A stretch of DNA of 64,000 nucleotides from Halobacteria archaeon. Its GTDB lineage: Archaea > Methanobacteriota_B > Thermococci > Methanofastidiosales > NM3. The stretch's first letter is position 1, and each line of letters starts with the position of its first letter. The stretch lies in contig DAINBB010000001.1 in NCBI GenBank assembly GCA_036733165.1, positions 949 to 64,948 on the forward strand, in the 5' to 3' direction. The notes beneath the pieces are model-generated. The model was not told the origin of the DNA. It was given only the letters and a program-made list of their open reading frames with translations, and did not search any database. Below, piece after piece: positions 26,364 to 36,401 of the stretch. Both the position numbers and the translations under genes were made by a program.

Positions 26364-28988
26364 GTGATTCAAATGATCCCAAAGAACTATGATATCAAGG
26401 ATGTTGAGAAAAGATGGCAGGACAGATGGGAAGTGGAAAAGACCTACAGATTCGATTTCAAGTCCAATAAACCAATATACTCCATCGACAATCCTCCAAG
26501 ATACGCTTCGGGCGCCCTGCATATAGGGCATGCCACACACTACTCTCACATTGATATGATAGGGCGTTACAAGCGCCTGATGGGATATAACGTCTTTTTG
26601 CCATTATGCTTCGATGTAAACGGCATGCCGATAGAGGTAAATGTGGAAAAGAAGTACAAGATAAGTCCAAAGGACATGCAGCGTTCGGAGTTCACGGCCA
26701 TCTGCAGCGAGTTCGCTAACAACAACATATCAGACATGATAAATCAGTTCAAGATACTCGGATGCTCCTTTGACCCGTCTATATATTACCAGACGGATGC
26801 CGAGTACTATAGAAGAATAACGCAGATAACATTCCTAAAAATGCTTGAGAAGGGCATGGTGTACAAGGCGATGCATCCCGTCAACTGGTGTACCAGGTGC
26901 GTCACCGCCCTGGGCGATGCGGAGATAGAGTACCAGGATAGGGAGACTATGCTCAATTACATCAAGTTCTATCTCGTCGATCAGGACGTCGAGGAGAACG
27001 AGGTCATCAAGTTCGACCACAAGGGACCCTATGTGACGGTGGCCACAACAAGGCCCGAACTGTTGCCCACATGCCAGATAGTGGCTGTTCATCCCGAGGA
27101 CAAGAGATACGAGGCCATCCTGGGAAAGACTCTGAAGACCCCCATCTTCAAGAGGAAGGTAAAGGTCGTGGCGGATGAGAAGGTGGAGATAGAGTTCGGT
27201 ACCGGAGTGGTCATGATATGCTCCATCGGCGATAAGGACGACCTAGAGTTCATATACAAATACAATCTGGAATTCGAGAAGGGCATCGACGAAGAGGGAA
27301 CGATGACGGACATCTGCGGCCTCTACGAGGGAATGAGCACCATCGAGGCCAGGGCCAAGATAGTTCAGGATATGCAGGACCGGGACCTTATCATAAAAAG
27401 GGAATCAATACCGCAGAACGTCGGTTCATGTTGGAGGTGCCATACACCTGTGGAGTTCCTGGTAAAGGAACAATGGTTCGTCAAGGTAATGCCATACAAG
27501 GATCTGATCCACGAGGCCGCCAACAAGATAAAATGGTACCCATCATGGATGAAGGTAAGACTCGACCAGTGGGTGGACTCGCTATCATGGGACTGGGTAA
27601 TATCGAGGCAGAGATACTTCGCAACGCCCATACCTATATGGGAATGCAAATCCTGTAAGAAGATAGTGCCCGCCAAGATAGAGAACTGTTATATCGATCC
27701 CTTGGAAACCGACCCGCCAATGCAGTTCTGTCCTGATTGCGGAGGGGTTCTTGAGGGAAGCAGCGAGGTCTTCGATACATGGATGGACTCGTCGATATCC
27801 GCCCTTTACAACACATTCTGGTACCGCGATGAAAACACATTTAAAAAGATGTATCCCATGTCGATCAGGACCCAGGCCCACGATATCATACGTACATGGG
27901 CATTCTATTCAATTCTTAGATGCACCCTTTTGACAGACAGCGAACCTTGGGACAGCATCTTCATAGACGGACACATACTGGCGCCGGACGGCCGCTCGAT
28001 GCACGCCTCATGGGGAAACGCCATCAATCCGTTGGAGATCCTCGATGAGCACGGTGCCGACCCCTTCAGGTACTTCGCCACCACCAGGGCACTGGGCGAG
28101 GACAGCGCATTTTCGTGGAAGGAGATAACCCATGCCTCCAGATTGATAAACAAGATATACAACATAGGCAAGTTCTTGGCGTCTTCAGACTCGGACGGAC
28201 CGATAAGGTTGATGGACAGGTGGATCGCCAGCGAGCTGGCCATCACCATAAAGAACGTCGAAGAGGCCATAGAGAACTATCAGTTCTCAAATGTGATAAG
28301 AGAGGCAGAGGGATTCATCTGGCATATCTTCGCAGACAATTATCTCGAGATTATCAAGTACAGGCTCTATGATAAGAGCCTCCCGAGCGGATACATCAGG
28401 AAGGTGTTCGACGATGCACTCAAGTTGATGGCGCCCATCATGGTGCATGTCACAGAAGAGGTCCACAACCATATCATGGGTGAAACAGGCAGCATCCATA
28501 CCTCGAAATGGCCTTCGGATTACGAAGTGGACGAGAGGGCTTTGAAGATAGGAAGATTCGCAAAGGACCTCGTTTCTGAGATAAGAAGATACAAATCCGA
28601 CAACGGGATGCCCCTTAACAAGGAGATAGAGAAGATAACGATATATACCCAGAACGACATCTCGGAGATCCTCGAGGATGTAAAAGGTGCCATGAACATC
28701 AAAGAAATAACGATAAGCAAGGATACCCCCGAGTTCGATGAGGTCATATCCGACATAACCCCCAACTTCGCGCTTATAGGCCCCAGGTTCGGGAAGGACA
28801 CCAACAAGGTGGTGGAACTGCTCAAGGTCCCGGAGAACGCAAAGAGGATCATGGAAGAGGGGAAACTGGATATAGAAGGCCTTAGCCTGCACAAGGAATA
28901 TATCTCAAAGGTCGAGAGGGCATACCAGCAAAAAGGAGAGAAAGTGGAGCTTATCGAAAGCTCCGAGTTTATAGTCAAGGTCTGTTGA
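26364..28988 (+). CDS. valS: Valine--tRNA ligase (archaeal type)
   Basis: HIGH, ATTRPE editing domain, WDWVISRQR, DTWMDSS, QAHDIIRTW; KMSKS replaced by SMHAS. Confidence 0.96.
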   Translation: MIQMIPKNYDIKDVEKRWQDRWEVEKTYRFDFKSNKPIYSIDNPPRYASGALHIGHATHYSHIDMIGRYKRLMGYNVFLPLCFDVNGMPIEVNVEKKYKISPKDMQRSEFTAICSEFANNNISDMINQFKILGCSFDPSIYYQTDAEYYRRITQITFLKMLEKGMVYKAMHPVNWCTRCVTALGDAEIEYQDRETMLNYIKFYLVDQDVEENEVIKFDHKGPYVTVATTRPELLPTCQIVAVHPEDKRYEAILGKTLKTPIFKRKVKVVADEKVEIEFGTGVVMICSIGDKDDLEFIYKYNLEFEKGIDEEGTMTDICGLYEGMSTIEARAKIVQDMQDRDLIIKRESIPQNVGSCWRCHTPVEFLVKEQWFVKVMPYKDLIHEAANKIKWYPSWMKVRLDQWVDSLSWDWVISRQRYFATPIPIWECKSCKKIVPAKIENCYIDPLETDPPMQFCPDCGGVLEGSSEVFDTWMDSSISALYNTFWYRDENTFKKMYPMSIRTQAHDIIRTWAFYSILRCTLLTDSEPWDSIFIDGHILAPDGRSMHASWGNAINPLEILDEHGADPFRYFATTRALGEDSAFSWKEITHASRLINKIYNIGKFLASSDSDGPIRLMDRWIASELAITIKNVEEAIENYQFSNVIREAEGFIWHIFADNYLEIIKYRLYDKSLPSGYIRKVFDDALKLMAPIMVHVTEEVHNHIMGETGSIHTSKWPSDYEVDERALKIGRFAKDLVSEIRRYKSDNGMPLNKEIEKITIYTQNDISEILEDVKGAMNIKEITISKDTPEFDEVISDITPNFALIGPRFGKDTNKVVELLKVPENAKRIMEEGKLDIEGLSLHKEYISKVERAYQQKGEKVELIESSEFIVKVC

Positions 28989-28995
28989 AGGACCT

Positions 28996-31122
28996 CTATT
29001 CCTTTATTATCTCGCTTGTCCACCCTGGGATGCCGGGGTTGCTTCCCTCATTAAGCATTTCCTGCCATTCCTCATCTGTCAGCCTGTTATCAAGGGGCTG
29101 CTTGAACTCATAGTAGGAGAACACAGGGCCCTGCACCACAAGAACCTCACCGTCTATCTCTACTATTACATAGATGGTATATGGGTACCCGACAGCTTCC
29201 TCAAGTACCATATAAGAGTTCACATCGGTATGCACATCGGCGACCAACGCTATCGACGAATCTGCCTCGGACTCAAGTTCGTTGCTGACCTCGGCGGAGA
29301 ACGTGGTTATGCTCTCAAGATAGGTGCCTATGTCGTTTATCAGCTCGAATTCGTTCTCTGTAAGCGACTCCGAGGAGATCTCCTTCTCCGATATCTCTAT
29401 CAACGACACAAGAAGGGAATCAAGCCCATCGTACTTTTGCTCAAGTTCGCTGGTGAGAAGGTCCCTTTCTGCCAGCCCGTCCCTGGCCATCCTTGTCAGG
29501 GCCAGCAGGCGGGAGTACATATATGGTTGCGGTTCCACATAACCGAGGGAGCTGTACTGTGGAGGCATCGATGTCGCCTCAAAGGTGTAGGACTGCTTTG
29601 CATAGAGTATCGTGTCATGCCTAAGCTCCGCCCAGGAACCCAGGGCCGTGTTGAGCTCCTTCAGCTCCCACATGTCCGATTGCATGAAGGACGGCCACCC
29701 ATCCTCTGCCTCGTCTGATAACGACTCCAGGGTGTAGAGCCATGAGATATAGAGATTCTTGGTCCAATCCTCTATAGTATACTCGCCGATCTCATCCTTT
29801 AGCATCTCTATCTGGGAATCATAGTTCACGTAGTCTGTGTCGCCCTCCTCTTCAAGGATCTCGGAGGCGTTGTCAAATCCCAATACGCTGAAGATGTCCA
29901 GGCCGCGGGGGAATCCCCTTATGGGTCCTGCGTCGCTATATACCAACGTGAAAGGTTCGTCATCCCCATAGTAGGTCAGCACATTGTTGTAGACAAGTTC
30001 AAAGAACATGTATGAGTCGACGATGAATCTCTGTCCCATGAATCTCAAGCCCTTTGTCTCGTCCTCCATGTCGTCCTGGTCCGTTATGACGCTTGAGTTT
30101 ATCCTTGGGTCGGGCAGACCCTTCGCCTTTTCCATGAACTGTTGAAATAGATCGTCGTCGTTCACATCCTCCAGTGCCACGGTATCACCATATACCTCGA
30201 CCATCACCTGCGCGTAGTCGTATATCAGGAGATCGTCCGCATCGCCGACGAAAAACGATGTCGTCAGGTATATGTCGTCCCAAAGGTCCATCGCATCGCT
30301 TCCGTCCTCTGTCTGAAGCCCCTGGACCGTCATCACAAGGAGAACTGCAGAGCGGGTCTGTTCAACGTCCTTGAGCCTATATGTCATCCTGCCGTACCAC
30401 ATCATGGCCCGGAAGTAGCGCTCAAGCGTTTCATTTCTCGTGTAATGCCCCCTGGGTTCATACTGGGAATAATCCTCCCTGTAACCAAAGAGGGGAGAGT
30501 AGTAAATTCCATCCGTGGCGTTGATGAGCCCCAGTTCGGAATCCACCATATCCTTAACGTACTCAGGTGCTGTGAAGTCCGGGTCCAACAGACTCATGGC
30601 CACGGAGAAGAATGCCACATTGAACTTCGCAGATTCCTTGAGATTTCCGTCGCTTGAGGAGTATATCTCCTCTGATCTCTCCAAGATGGCGGCGGTTATG
30701 TCCATGAGATCCTCATTGAATCTGTGCATCTCCGCGATTCTTAGGGAATAATCATACAATATATGGAAACTGTGCAAGATGGAATCGCTGGTGACAAATA
30801 TGGGAACTCCCATATCATTCAACTGATCGTAGTACTCATGGAACAACAGATCAGAGCCTGAAGGAGATATGACGAAACCGTATTGCATCAGCATTGCCTT
30901 CTGTTCATCTGAAAACACGTACAGGTCCAGATCCGCATCGCTGAAGTCATAAGGTTCGCTAGCCGGGTCTATCTCCATATCGATCTCTGAATATTCGGAG
31001 AAGCTGTCCATGCCATTCAGGGAAAGGGATATCCGTTCATCATCAATGTTTTCATTGCTTGAGATGCATCCCGAGATGGTCACGGTCATCAGCAGCATGA
31101 TCACCAATATTCTTTTTATCAT
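28996..31122 (-). CDS. DUF3160 family lipoprotein
   Basis: Lipobox-like ISGC; EDYSQYEPRGHYT, FRAMMWYGR, WAELRHDTILYAKQSY, LTDEEW motifs. Confidence 0.88.
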   Translation of the reverse strand: MIKRILVIMLLMTVTISGCISSNENIDDERISLSLNGMDSFSEYSEIDMEIDPASEPYDFSDADLDLYVFSDEQKAMLMQYGFVISPSGSDLLFHEYYDQLNDMGVPIFVTSDSILHSFHILYDYSLRIAEMHRFNEDLMDITAAILERSEEIYSSSDGNLKESAKFNVAFFSVAMSLLDPDFTAPEYVKDMVDSELGLINATDGIYYSPLFGYREDYSQYEPRGHYTRNETLERYFRAMMWYGRMTYRLKDVEQTRSAVLLVMTVQGLQTEDGSDAMDLWDDIYLTTSFFVGDADDLLIYDYAQVMVEVYGDTVALEDVNDDDLFQQFMEKAKGLPDPRINSSVITDQDDMEDETKGLRFMGQRFIVDSYMFFELVYNNVLTYYGDDEPFTLVYSDAGPIRGFPRGLDIFSVLGFDNASEILEEEGDTDYVNYDSQIEMLKDEIGEYTIEDWTKNLYISWLYTLESLSDEAEDGWPSFMQSDMWELKELNTALGSWAELRHDTILYAKQSYTFEATSMPPQYSSLGYVEPQPYMYSRLLALTRMARDGLAERDLLTSELEQKYDGLDSLLVSLIEISEKEISSESLTENEFELINDIGTYLESITTFSAEVSNELESEADSSIALVADVHTDVNSYMVLEEAVGYPYTIYVIVEIDGEVLVVQGPVFSYYEFKQPLDNRLTDEEWQEMLNEGSNPGIPGWTSEIIKE

Positions 31123-31303
31123 GGTAACATATCTCATTCCAAGGGATATAATAATTTCTATAGTATTCAATATTCATTGAACTTATGATTGTATAATGTA
31201 ATATACATGATTATCAATTAGAAATAAAATATAATAGAAATAAACAGAAAAAAGATAATATAAATCGAGATTGATGATTTTTTCTGGAAGAAAAATAAGG
31301 ATA

Positions 31304-31408
31304 TTATTTCCTCATCTTCGCTTTCTTCTTTTTCCTTCTCATTCTCTTCTTGAGATGTTTCCACCTCATCTTTCCCTTTTTCTTCCACTTTCTAGGCTTC
31401 TTTCCCAA
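31304..31408 (-). CDS. rpl41e: Ribosomal protein eL41 (L41e), 34 aa
   Basis: Below the ORF-track cutoff. TTG start after AGGTGG; MGKKPRKWKKKGKMRWKHLKKRMRRKKKKAKMRK matches the PRKWKKKGxMRWK pattern; TATA at about 31473-31480. Confidence 0.88.
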   Translation of the reverse strand: MGKKPRKWKKKGKMRWKHLKKRMRRKKKKAKMRK

Positions 31409-31619
31409 CTTACCACCTTAAAAAACAAATACATAACATAGTAAAATTGACTTACTTCACTATAAGAAGTCCATATAAAAGGTTTTTGGTATTGGCAAGA
31501 TGAGGGGGGCCGATCCCACTTTGTCTGTCAGGCCCGATCATTGGAAAAAGGAGCGTCATCGCTCTTGCATACAATGATAAAGTCTTTATTTATTAGGGGT
31601 CAGATATGTCTGTGATAAC

Positions 31620-32372
31620 ATGGTGGAAATCTCATTGCTGGGCTGTGGCAATATAGCAAGGATCATCTCAAAATACGATGGGGAAATCGTGGTCAAGGCG
31701 GTCTACGACAAGGATGGAGGGAAGTCCCGGTCGTTCTCACATGAGTTCAAGGTCAAGAACTGCATGAGTATGGAGGAACTGCTCTCGGTCGATTCGGACA
31801 TCGTGGTGGAGGCCGCATCGCCACTTGCTGTCAGGGCGGTGGCGATGGATGTCATTAGGTCCGGAAAGGACATGATGATCATGAGCGTTGGGGGGCTCTC
31901 TGATGTGAAGTTCAGGAATGAACTTCTAAAGACCGCCAAAGAGCTTCATAGGAAGATATACATACCATCTGGCGCCATCGGAGGTCTGGATGCCCTGTCC
32001 TCCACGATGGTGGGCAGATTGGACGGCGTGGTGTTGGAGACCACAAAACCTCCGGGTGCATTGGGTATGGACGTGAAGGAGAGGACCGTGGTATTTGAAG
32101 GTTCACCTAAGGAGGCCATAGAAAGATATCCCAAGAACATAAACGTCTCTGTTACCTTGGCAGTGTTCGCTGGCAATGACAAGGTGAAGGTCAGGATAGT
32201 AGCCGATCCCGATGCGAAGAGGAACACCCATAGCATCACTATCACGGGAGAGATAGGCGTGTTGAGCTTCGTGTTCGACAATGAGCCTTCACCCAATATG
32301 TCGACATCCCTATTGGCCGGATATTCCGCCATTGCCGTCCTAAAAAAAATTGATTCGCCCCTACAGTTCTGA
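31620..32372 (+). CDS. nadX: L-aspartate dehydrogenase
   Basis: GCGNIA, VVEAAS, SVGGL, SGAIGGLD, YPKNINV motifs. Confidence 0.93.
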   Translation: MVEISLLGCGNIARIISKYDGEIVVKAVYDKDGGKSRSFSHEFKVKNCMSMEELLSVDSDIVVEAASPLAVRAVAMDVIRSGKDMMIMSVGGLSDVKFRNELLKTAKELHRKIYIPSGAIGGLDALSSTMVGRLDGVVLETTKPPGALGMDVKERTVVFEGSPKEAIERYPKNINVSVTLAVFAGNDKVKVRIVADPDAKRNTHSITITGEIGVLSFVFDNEPSPNMSTSLLAGYSAIAVLKKIDSPLQF

Positions 32373-32423
32373 GGATAAATGGATTAGGAAAGTCTTTATA
32401 GAATCAGGCCACAATCAGTCTAG

Positions 32424-33113
32424 ATGTTACCGCTCTATGACGAGAATCCCACTTACGAACGGCCATATGTGACCTATGCGATCATAGGTATGAACGCGAT
32501 AGTGTTCCTGATAATGGTCTTCATAGAATATGGCCTTGGCAAGTATGAACTGGTCAGATTCTACTACGATTGGGCGCTTCTGCCTGCATATGTATGGAAC
32601 GGCGAAAGGATGTTCACATTGATCACATCCATGTTCATGCACGGGGGTTTTCTGCACTTTGGTGGCAATATGCTCTATCTTTACATATTCGGCAACAACG
32701 TAGAGGATTCTATGGGACATTGGAAGTACCTCATATTCTATGTGATATGCGGACTTGCCGCAAGCTACTCACAGATAATAATGGATACAAGCTCGACAGT
32801 GCCGATGCTCGGCGCATCGGGTGCGATAGCCGGCGTCCTTGGGGCCTATCTCGTCACGTTCCCAAAGACCAATGTCTATACCCTTGTACTATACATGGTG
32901 GCAAAGGTCCCTGCCGTGTTCGTTTTGGGTTTCTGGTTCATTCTGCAGCTCTTCAACGGGCTTGGGTCCATTGGAGTTGAAGGCGGTGTGGCATATTTTG
33001 CCCATATCGGAGGGTTCGTATGTGGCGCATTGCTGGCAGGCATCTTCAGAAAGAGGGGATACAAGGCCCAGACCCGTATAAAACAGGATTGGGACAGGGT
33101 CTATTATCGATGA
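32424..33113 (+). CDS. Rhomboid intramembrane serine protease
   Basis: SMFMHGG..H..GNM, GASGA, AHIGG motifs. Confidence 0.95.
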   Translation: MLPLYDENPTYERPYVTYAIIGMNAIVFLIMVFIEYGLGKYELVRFYYDWALLPAYVWNGERMFTLITSMFMHGGFLHFGGNMLYLYIFGNNVEDSMGHWKYLIFYVICGLAASYSQIIMDTSSTVPMLGASGAIAGVLGAYLVTFPKTNVYTLVLYMVAKVPAVFVLGFWFILQLFNGLGSIGVEGGVAYFAHIGGFVCGALLAGIFRKRGYKAQTRIKQDWDRVYYR

Positions 33114-33269
33114 TCATGGAACAGAGAATGAGAATCTGGCATTTCTAACAAGGTAGCACTCCTCGTTCCCGCAGTAAGGACACCTCCTTATACATAAAAT
33201 GTCGTTTTCCCTCTCCAGATGCCCGCACTCAAAAAGGCCGCCGCATATGCTGCATGACATGGTGTCCAT
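33114..33269 (-). CDS. CPxCG-type zinc-finger microprotein, 51 aa
   Basis: Manual translation MDTMSCSICGGLFECGHLERENDILCIRRCPYCGNEECYLVRNARFSFSVP; stop abuts the rhomboid stop. Confidence 0.65.
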   Translation of the reverse strand: MDTMSCSICGGLFECGHLERENDILCIRRCPYCGNEECYLVRNARFSFSVP

Positions 33270-33365
33270 ATGCCCTGTCCTTGAACCGCACTGAAAAAAG
33301 AAACGCTAGAGAGCGTTGGTAAAGTAAAAATTTATATATCATCAAGATTCCTCAAGGGTGATTAC

Positions 33366-34295
33366 ATGAAACTTGAGAAAAAAGTTGACGATCTTGATAT
33401 TACTTCACAGAGCACTGTGGATGACATAACCAAGCAGATGTTCGCGGCAGGGGGATTCACCGGACAGAAGTTCTCATTGGCCGTGGACATCCTGGAGAGA
33501 ATGGCCAAGGAAGACTGTGTGAACTTCCTGTCTTTCCCTGCCTGCATCATATCCACAGGCACCAGGGGGATCATCAAGGACATGATAAAGAGAGGGCTCT
33601 TCTCCGTGGTGATAACCACATGCGGCACCCTGGACCATGATCTGGCAAGGATATGGAGGGACTACTATCATGGTTACTGGGACGCCGATGACGCCAAGTT
33701 GCATCGGGAAGGCGTCAACAGGCTAGGGAATATCTTCATCCCGAACGAATGCTACGGAGAGATATTGGAAAACAAGATGAACGAGATGCTGCAGGATATC
33801 TATGACGAGGGCGCAAGGGAGATGTCCACATATGAGCTCAACTGGGAGATAGGCAAGAGGATCGATGACAAGGACAGCATCCTCTACTGGGCCGCAAAGA
33901 AGGAGGTCCCGGTCATCGTTCCGGGCATTACCGACGGTTCGGTCGGCAGCCAGTTGTTCTTCTTCGCTCAGGACCATGACTTCAAGATAAATCTCTTCAA
34001 GGACGAGAAGCTGTTGGCAGACATTGTGTTTGATGCCGGATCGACAGGTTCGCTTATGATAGGAGGGGGAATATCGAAACATCACACCATATGGTGGAAT
34101 CAGTTCCGTGGCGGCCTGGACTATGCAGTGTACATCACGACAGCGCCCGAGTGGGACGGGTCGTTGTCCGGTGCCAGGGTAAAGGAGGCCGTTTCCTGGG
34201 GAAAAGTGAAAGAAGAGGCCAAATATGTCACTGTGGAGGGTGATGCGACAGTGATGCTTCCCTTCATGTATGGCAGTCTTTTGCAAAGACTGTAG
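33366..34295 (+). CDS. dys: Deoxyhypusine synthase
   Basis: GVNRLGNIFIP, TDGSVG, GGGISKHH, DGSLSGARVKEAVSWGK. Confidence 0.97.
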   Translation: MKLEKKVDDLDITSQSTVDDITKQMFAAGGFTGQKFSLAVDILERMAKEDCVNFLSFPACIISTGTRGIIKDMIKRGLFSVVITTCGTLDHDLARIWRDYYHGYWDADDAKLHREGVNRLGNIFIPNECYGEILENKMNEMLQDIYDEGAREMSTYELNWEIGKRIDDKDSILYWAAKKEVPVIVPGITDGSVGSQLFFFAQDHDFKINLFKDEKLLADIVFDAGSTGSLMIGGGISKHHTIWWNQFRGGLDYAVYITTAPEWDGSLSGARVKEAVSWGKVKEEAKYVTVEGDATVMLPFMYGSLLQRL

Positions 34296-34376
34296 CTTTT
34301 CGTGAAATACCATCATGGGACGTAGGGGGGCTGTACAATGCAGTATGGTCGTCAAGCGTTGAAGGGCCTGATCCGT

Positions 34377-35426
34377 TCAATATGCGGTCTTGAACCTCAG
34401 GGCGGCTGCAATGCCCCCTATCCCGTTCAACTTGTCCCCACCCTCGTGCGAAGTGGAGATGATATGCGACCTGGTCCCAAACTTCTTTGACATCTTGATT
34501 ATGTCCTGGACCTCTTCGGAGGTCCTTAGCAGATCGTCCGTGACAAGGACATACTCTGCCTGGGAGGCCTCGATGGCCTCTCTGACCTCCTTTGTGCCGT
34601 ATACGGCCATGTCCTCAAGGATCTTGCGGAATAGGTCCTCGATAAGCGCTATCTCGTTGGCGACCCTCGACTCCTCATATATCTCCTCCACATACCCCCT
34701 TTTGACGACCTCCCATATGCCGGTCCTCCCATTGACCGATATGTTCTTCATGTTCAGCCTTGATGTCAGCTTGGGCATGTTCTCTTTGATCCATGAAAAG
34801 AAGTCGTCTTTCACGAACCCCGGGCCGGCCACTATGGCCGCCTTGATCTCGGACTCTGCGAAGATAGACTCTATCTTATCGGCCACCTCCTTGAAGAAAG
34901 CCATCTTCTCGCTCTTTCTCTGCGACATCTCCCTCTTGCCAGGTATGTTCCGATTGATGGACGCGATAAAATCTATCCCATATTGTTTGACAATGCCAAA
35001 GTCGCTTTCCCCCTCATCGATGGCCACTATCAGTATCTTCGGTTCCTTGGAGGACCTGATGGCCTCCTGTATCCTGTCAAGCTGGAAACCTTTCCATGCC
35101 TTGATTATCTTGGGCGTGGAACCGACCTCGATGTTCAATGTATGGTAGCTGCCCATCTGGTCCCCTTCGATGATCACGCCGGTGAGACGCAATGTGTCAG
35201 AATAGTGGGAGAACTCCATCTTCTCCACCTTTATTCCCATATACACCCTGACCTTCTCTGTCTTGTCGGACCTGACCATATCGTTCCTGGACTGCTGCCT
35301 CCTATAGGTCACAGAATAGACATCATCGCCAGATTCCACTATCTGTGAGAGATGCCAAAGGTCGTCAAGGGTCTCTATCTTGAGCTTTATCTCACCCTTC
35401 GATAGGTCCTTGTGTATGATCTTCAT
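34377..35426 (-). CDS. pelA: mRNA surveillance / ribosome rescue protein Pelota
   Basis: LDDLWHL, YHTLNI, PGK, GGIAAALRF motifs. Confidence 0.96.
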   Translation of the reverse strand: MKIIHKDLSKGEIKLKIETLDDLWHLSQIVESGDDVYSVTYRRQQSRNDMVRSDKTEKVRVYMGIKVEKMEFSHYSDTLRLTGVIIEGDQMGSYHTLNIEVGSTPKIIKAWKGFQLDRIQEAIRSSKEPKILIVAIDEGESDFGIVKQYGIDFIASINRNIPGKREMSQRKSEKMAFFKEVADKIESIFAESEIKAAIVAGPGFVKDDFFSWIKENMPKLTSRLNMKNISVNGRTGIWEVVKRGYVEEIYEESRVANEIALIEDLFRKILEDMAVYGTKEVREAIEASQAEYVLVTDDLLRTSEEVQDIIKMSKKFGTRSHIISTSHEGGDKLNGIGGIAAALRFKTAY

Positions 35427-35467
35427 TATCTAGAAATGAAGGCCATTGTATAAAAGAATGTTGGAAT

Positions 35468-36220
35468 TTATCTGAAAAGGTCCTTTGCCTCCTCCCTTAC
35501 GATATCGACCGCGCGCGCATCCTCGGATTTGAAGTAGGTGGAACCCCTGACTATAACCACCGGATAACCGGTGTTCGACTGTCCCATCACCATGTCCGCC
35601 GCCGAAGTTATCTCGTCCGCCCTATTGATGATGCTCGCCCTCAGTTCATAGCCATATAAGTCCTTTTCGCCCTTGTAACAATAGAAGGGGTCCATCCCGG
35701 AGAGACCGATGCATACACCGATGGCGCCAGACCTGAAGGGCCTTCCATGTGTGTCGGATATCAAAACAACTATCTTCTTGCCAAGTGACGCCTCCAGCGC
35801 CATTCTAATGCTCCTTGCAGATGCGTCTGGGTCCAGAGGCAGGGTGGCCACTATATTGGTGTCTCCCGCTATGTTGGAAGTGTCAACTCCGGAGGACGCG
35901 CATATGAATCCATGTGGGGTCTGTGTAATCAATGGACCGTCGCCGACCTTGATGACCTTCCTCGAGTTCCTCAATATCACTTCACACAGTCTTGGGTCCT
36001 TTCCAGTTCTCAGGGACAGTTCTTCTGCCTCTTCGGAAGGGCATATGGACCTAAGGTCGTGGATCTGGCCTTCGGCCTTGGAAATTATAGTAGAGGCGAT
36101 GACAAAGACATCGTTGTCCTTTACATCCGTCCCATTTAGGGCGGCCGTTATCATCTCTGGGATATTGTCCCCGGGTTTGACCAGAGGTAAACCCCCCACC
36201 GGAATAAGTTGAATCGTCAT
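35468..36220 (-). CDS. cofE: Coenzyme F420-0:L-glutamate ligase
   Basis: STIISKAEG, SGVDTSN, SDTHGRPFR, ADEITSAA, DLFR. Confidence 0.93.
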   Translation of the reverse strand: MTIQLIPVGGLPLVKPGDNIPEMITAALNGTDVKDNDVFVIASTIISKAEGQIHDLRSICPSEEAEELSLRTGKDPRLCEVILRNSRKVIKVGDGPLITQTPHGFICASSGVDTSNIAGDTNIVATLPLDPDASARSIRMALEASLGKKIVVLISDTHGRPFRSGAIGVCIGLSGMDPFYCYKGEKDLYGYELRASIINRADEITSAADMVMGQSNTGYPVVIVRGSTYFKSEDARAVDIVREEAKDLFR

Positions 36221-36401
36221 ATGACCAAAACCTTTCTACTATGGGAGCTTAAATATTGTATGGTAATGTAAATTAATATTATCGTCGGGAAACGTTGGAA
36301 TAATAAACGGATATACATGAAATATACGGGAATATTTTTAATTAAGATTTATTATTCTTGAATAGAGAATATCCAAATGGACCACACTACGGGGTGTCCA
36401 A

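Noticed and set aside
31304-31420. Pyrimidine-rich low-complexity tract on the plus strand
   Set aside because: Explained as the reverse complement of the Lys/Arg-rich rpl41e.
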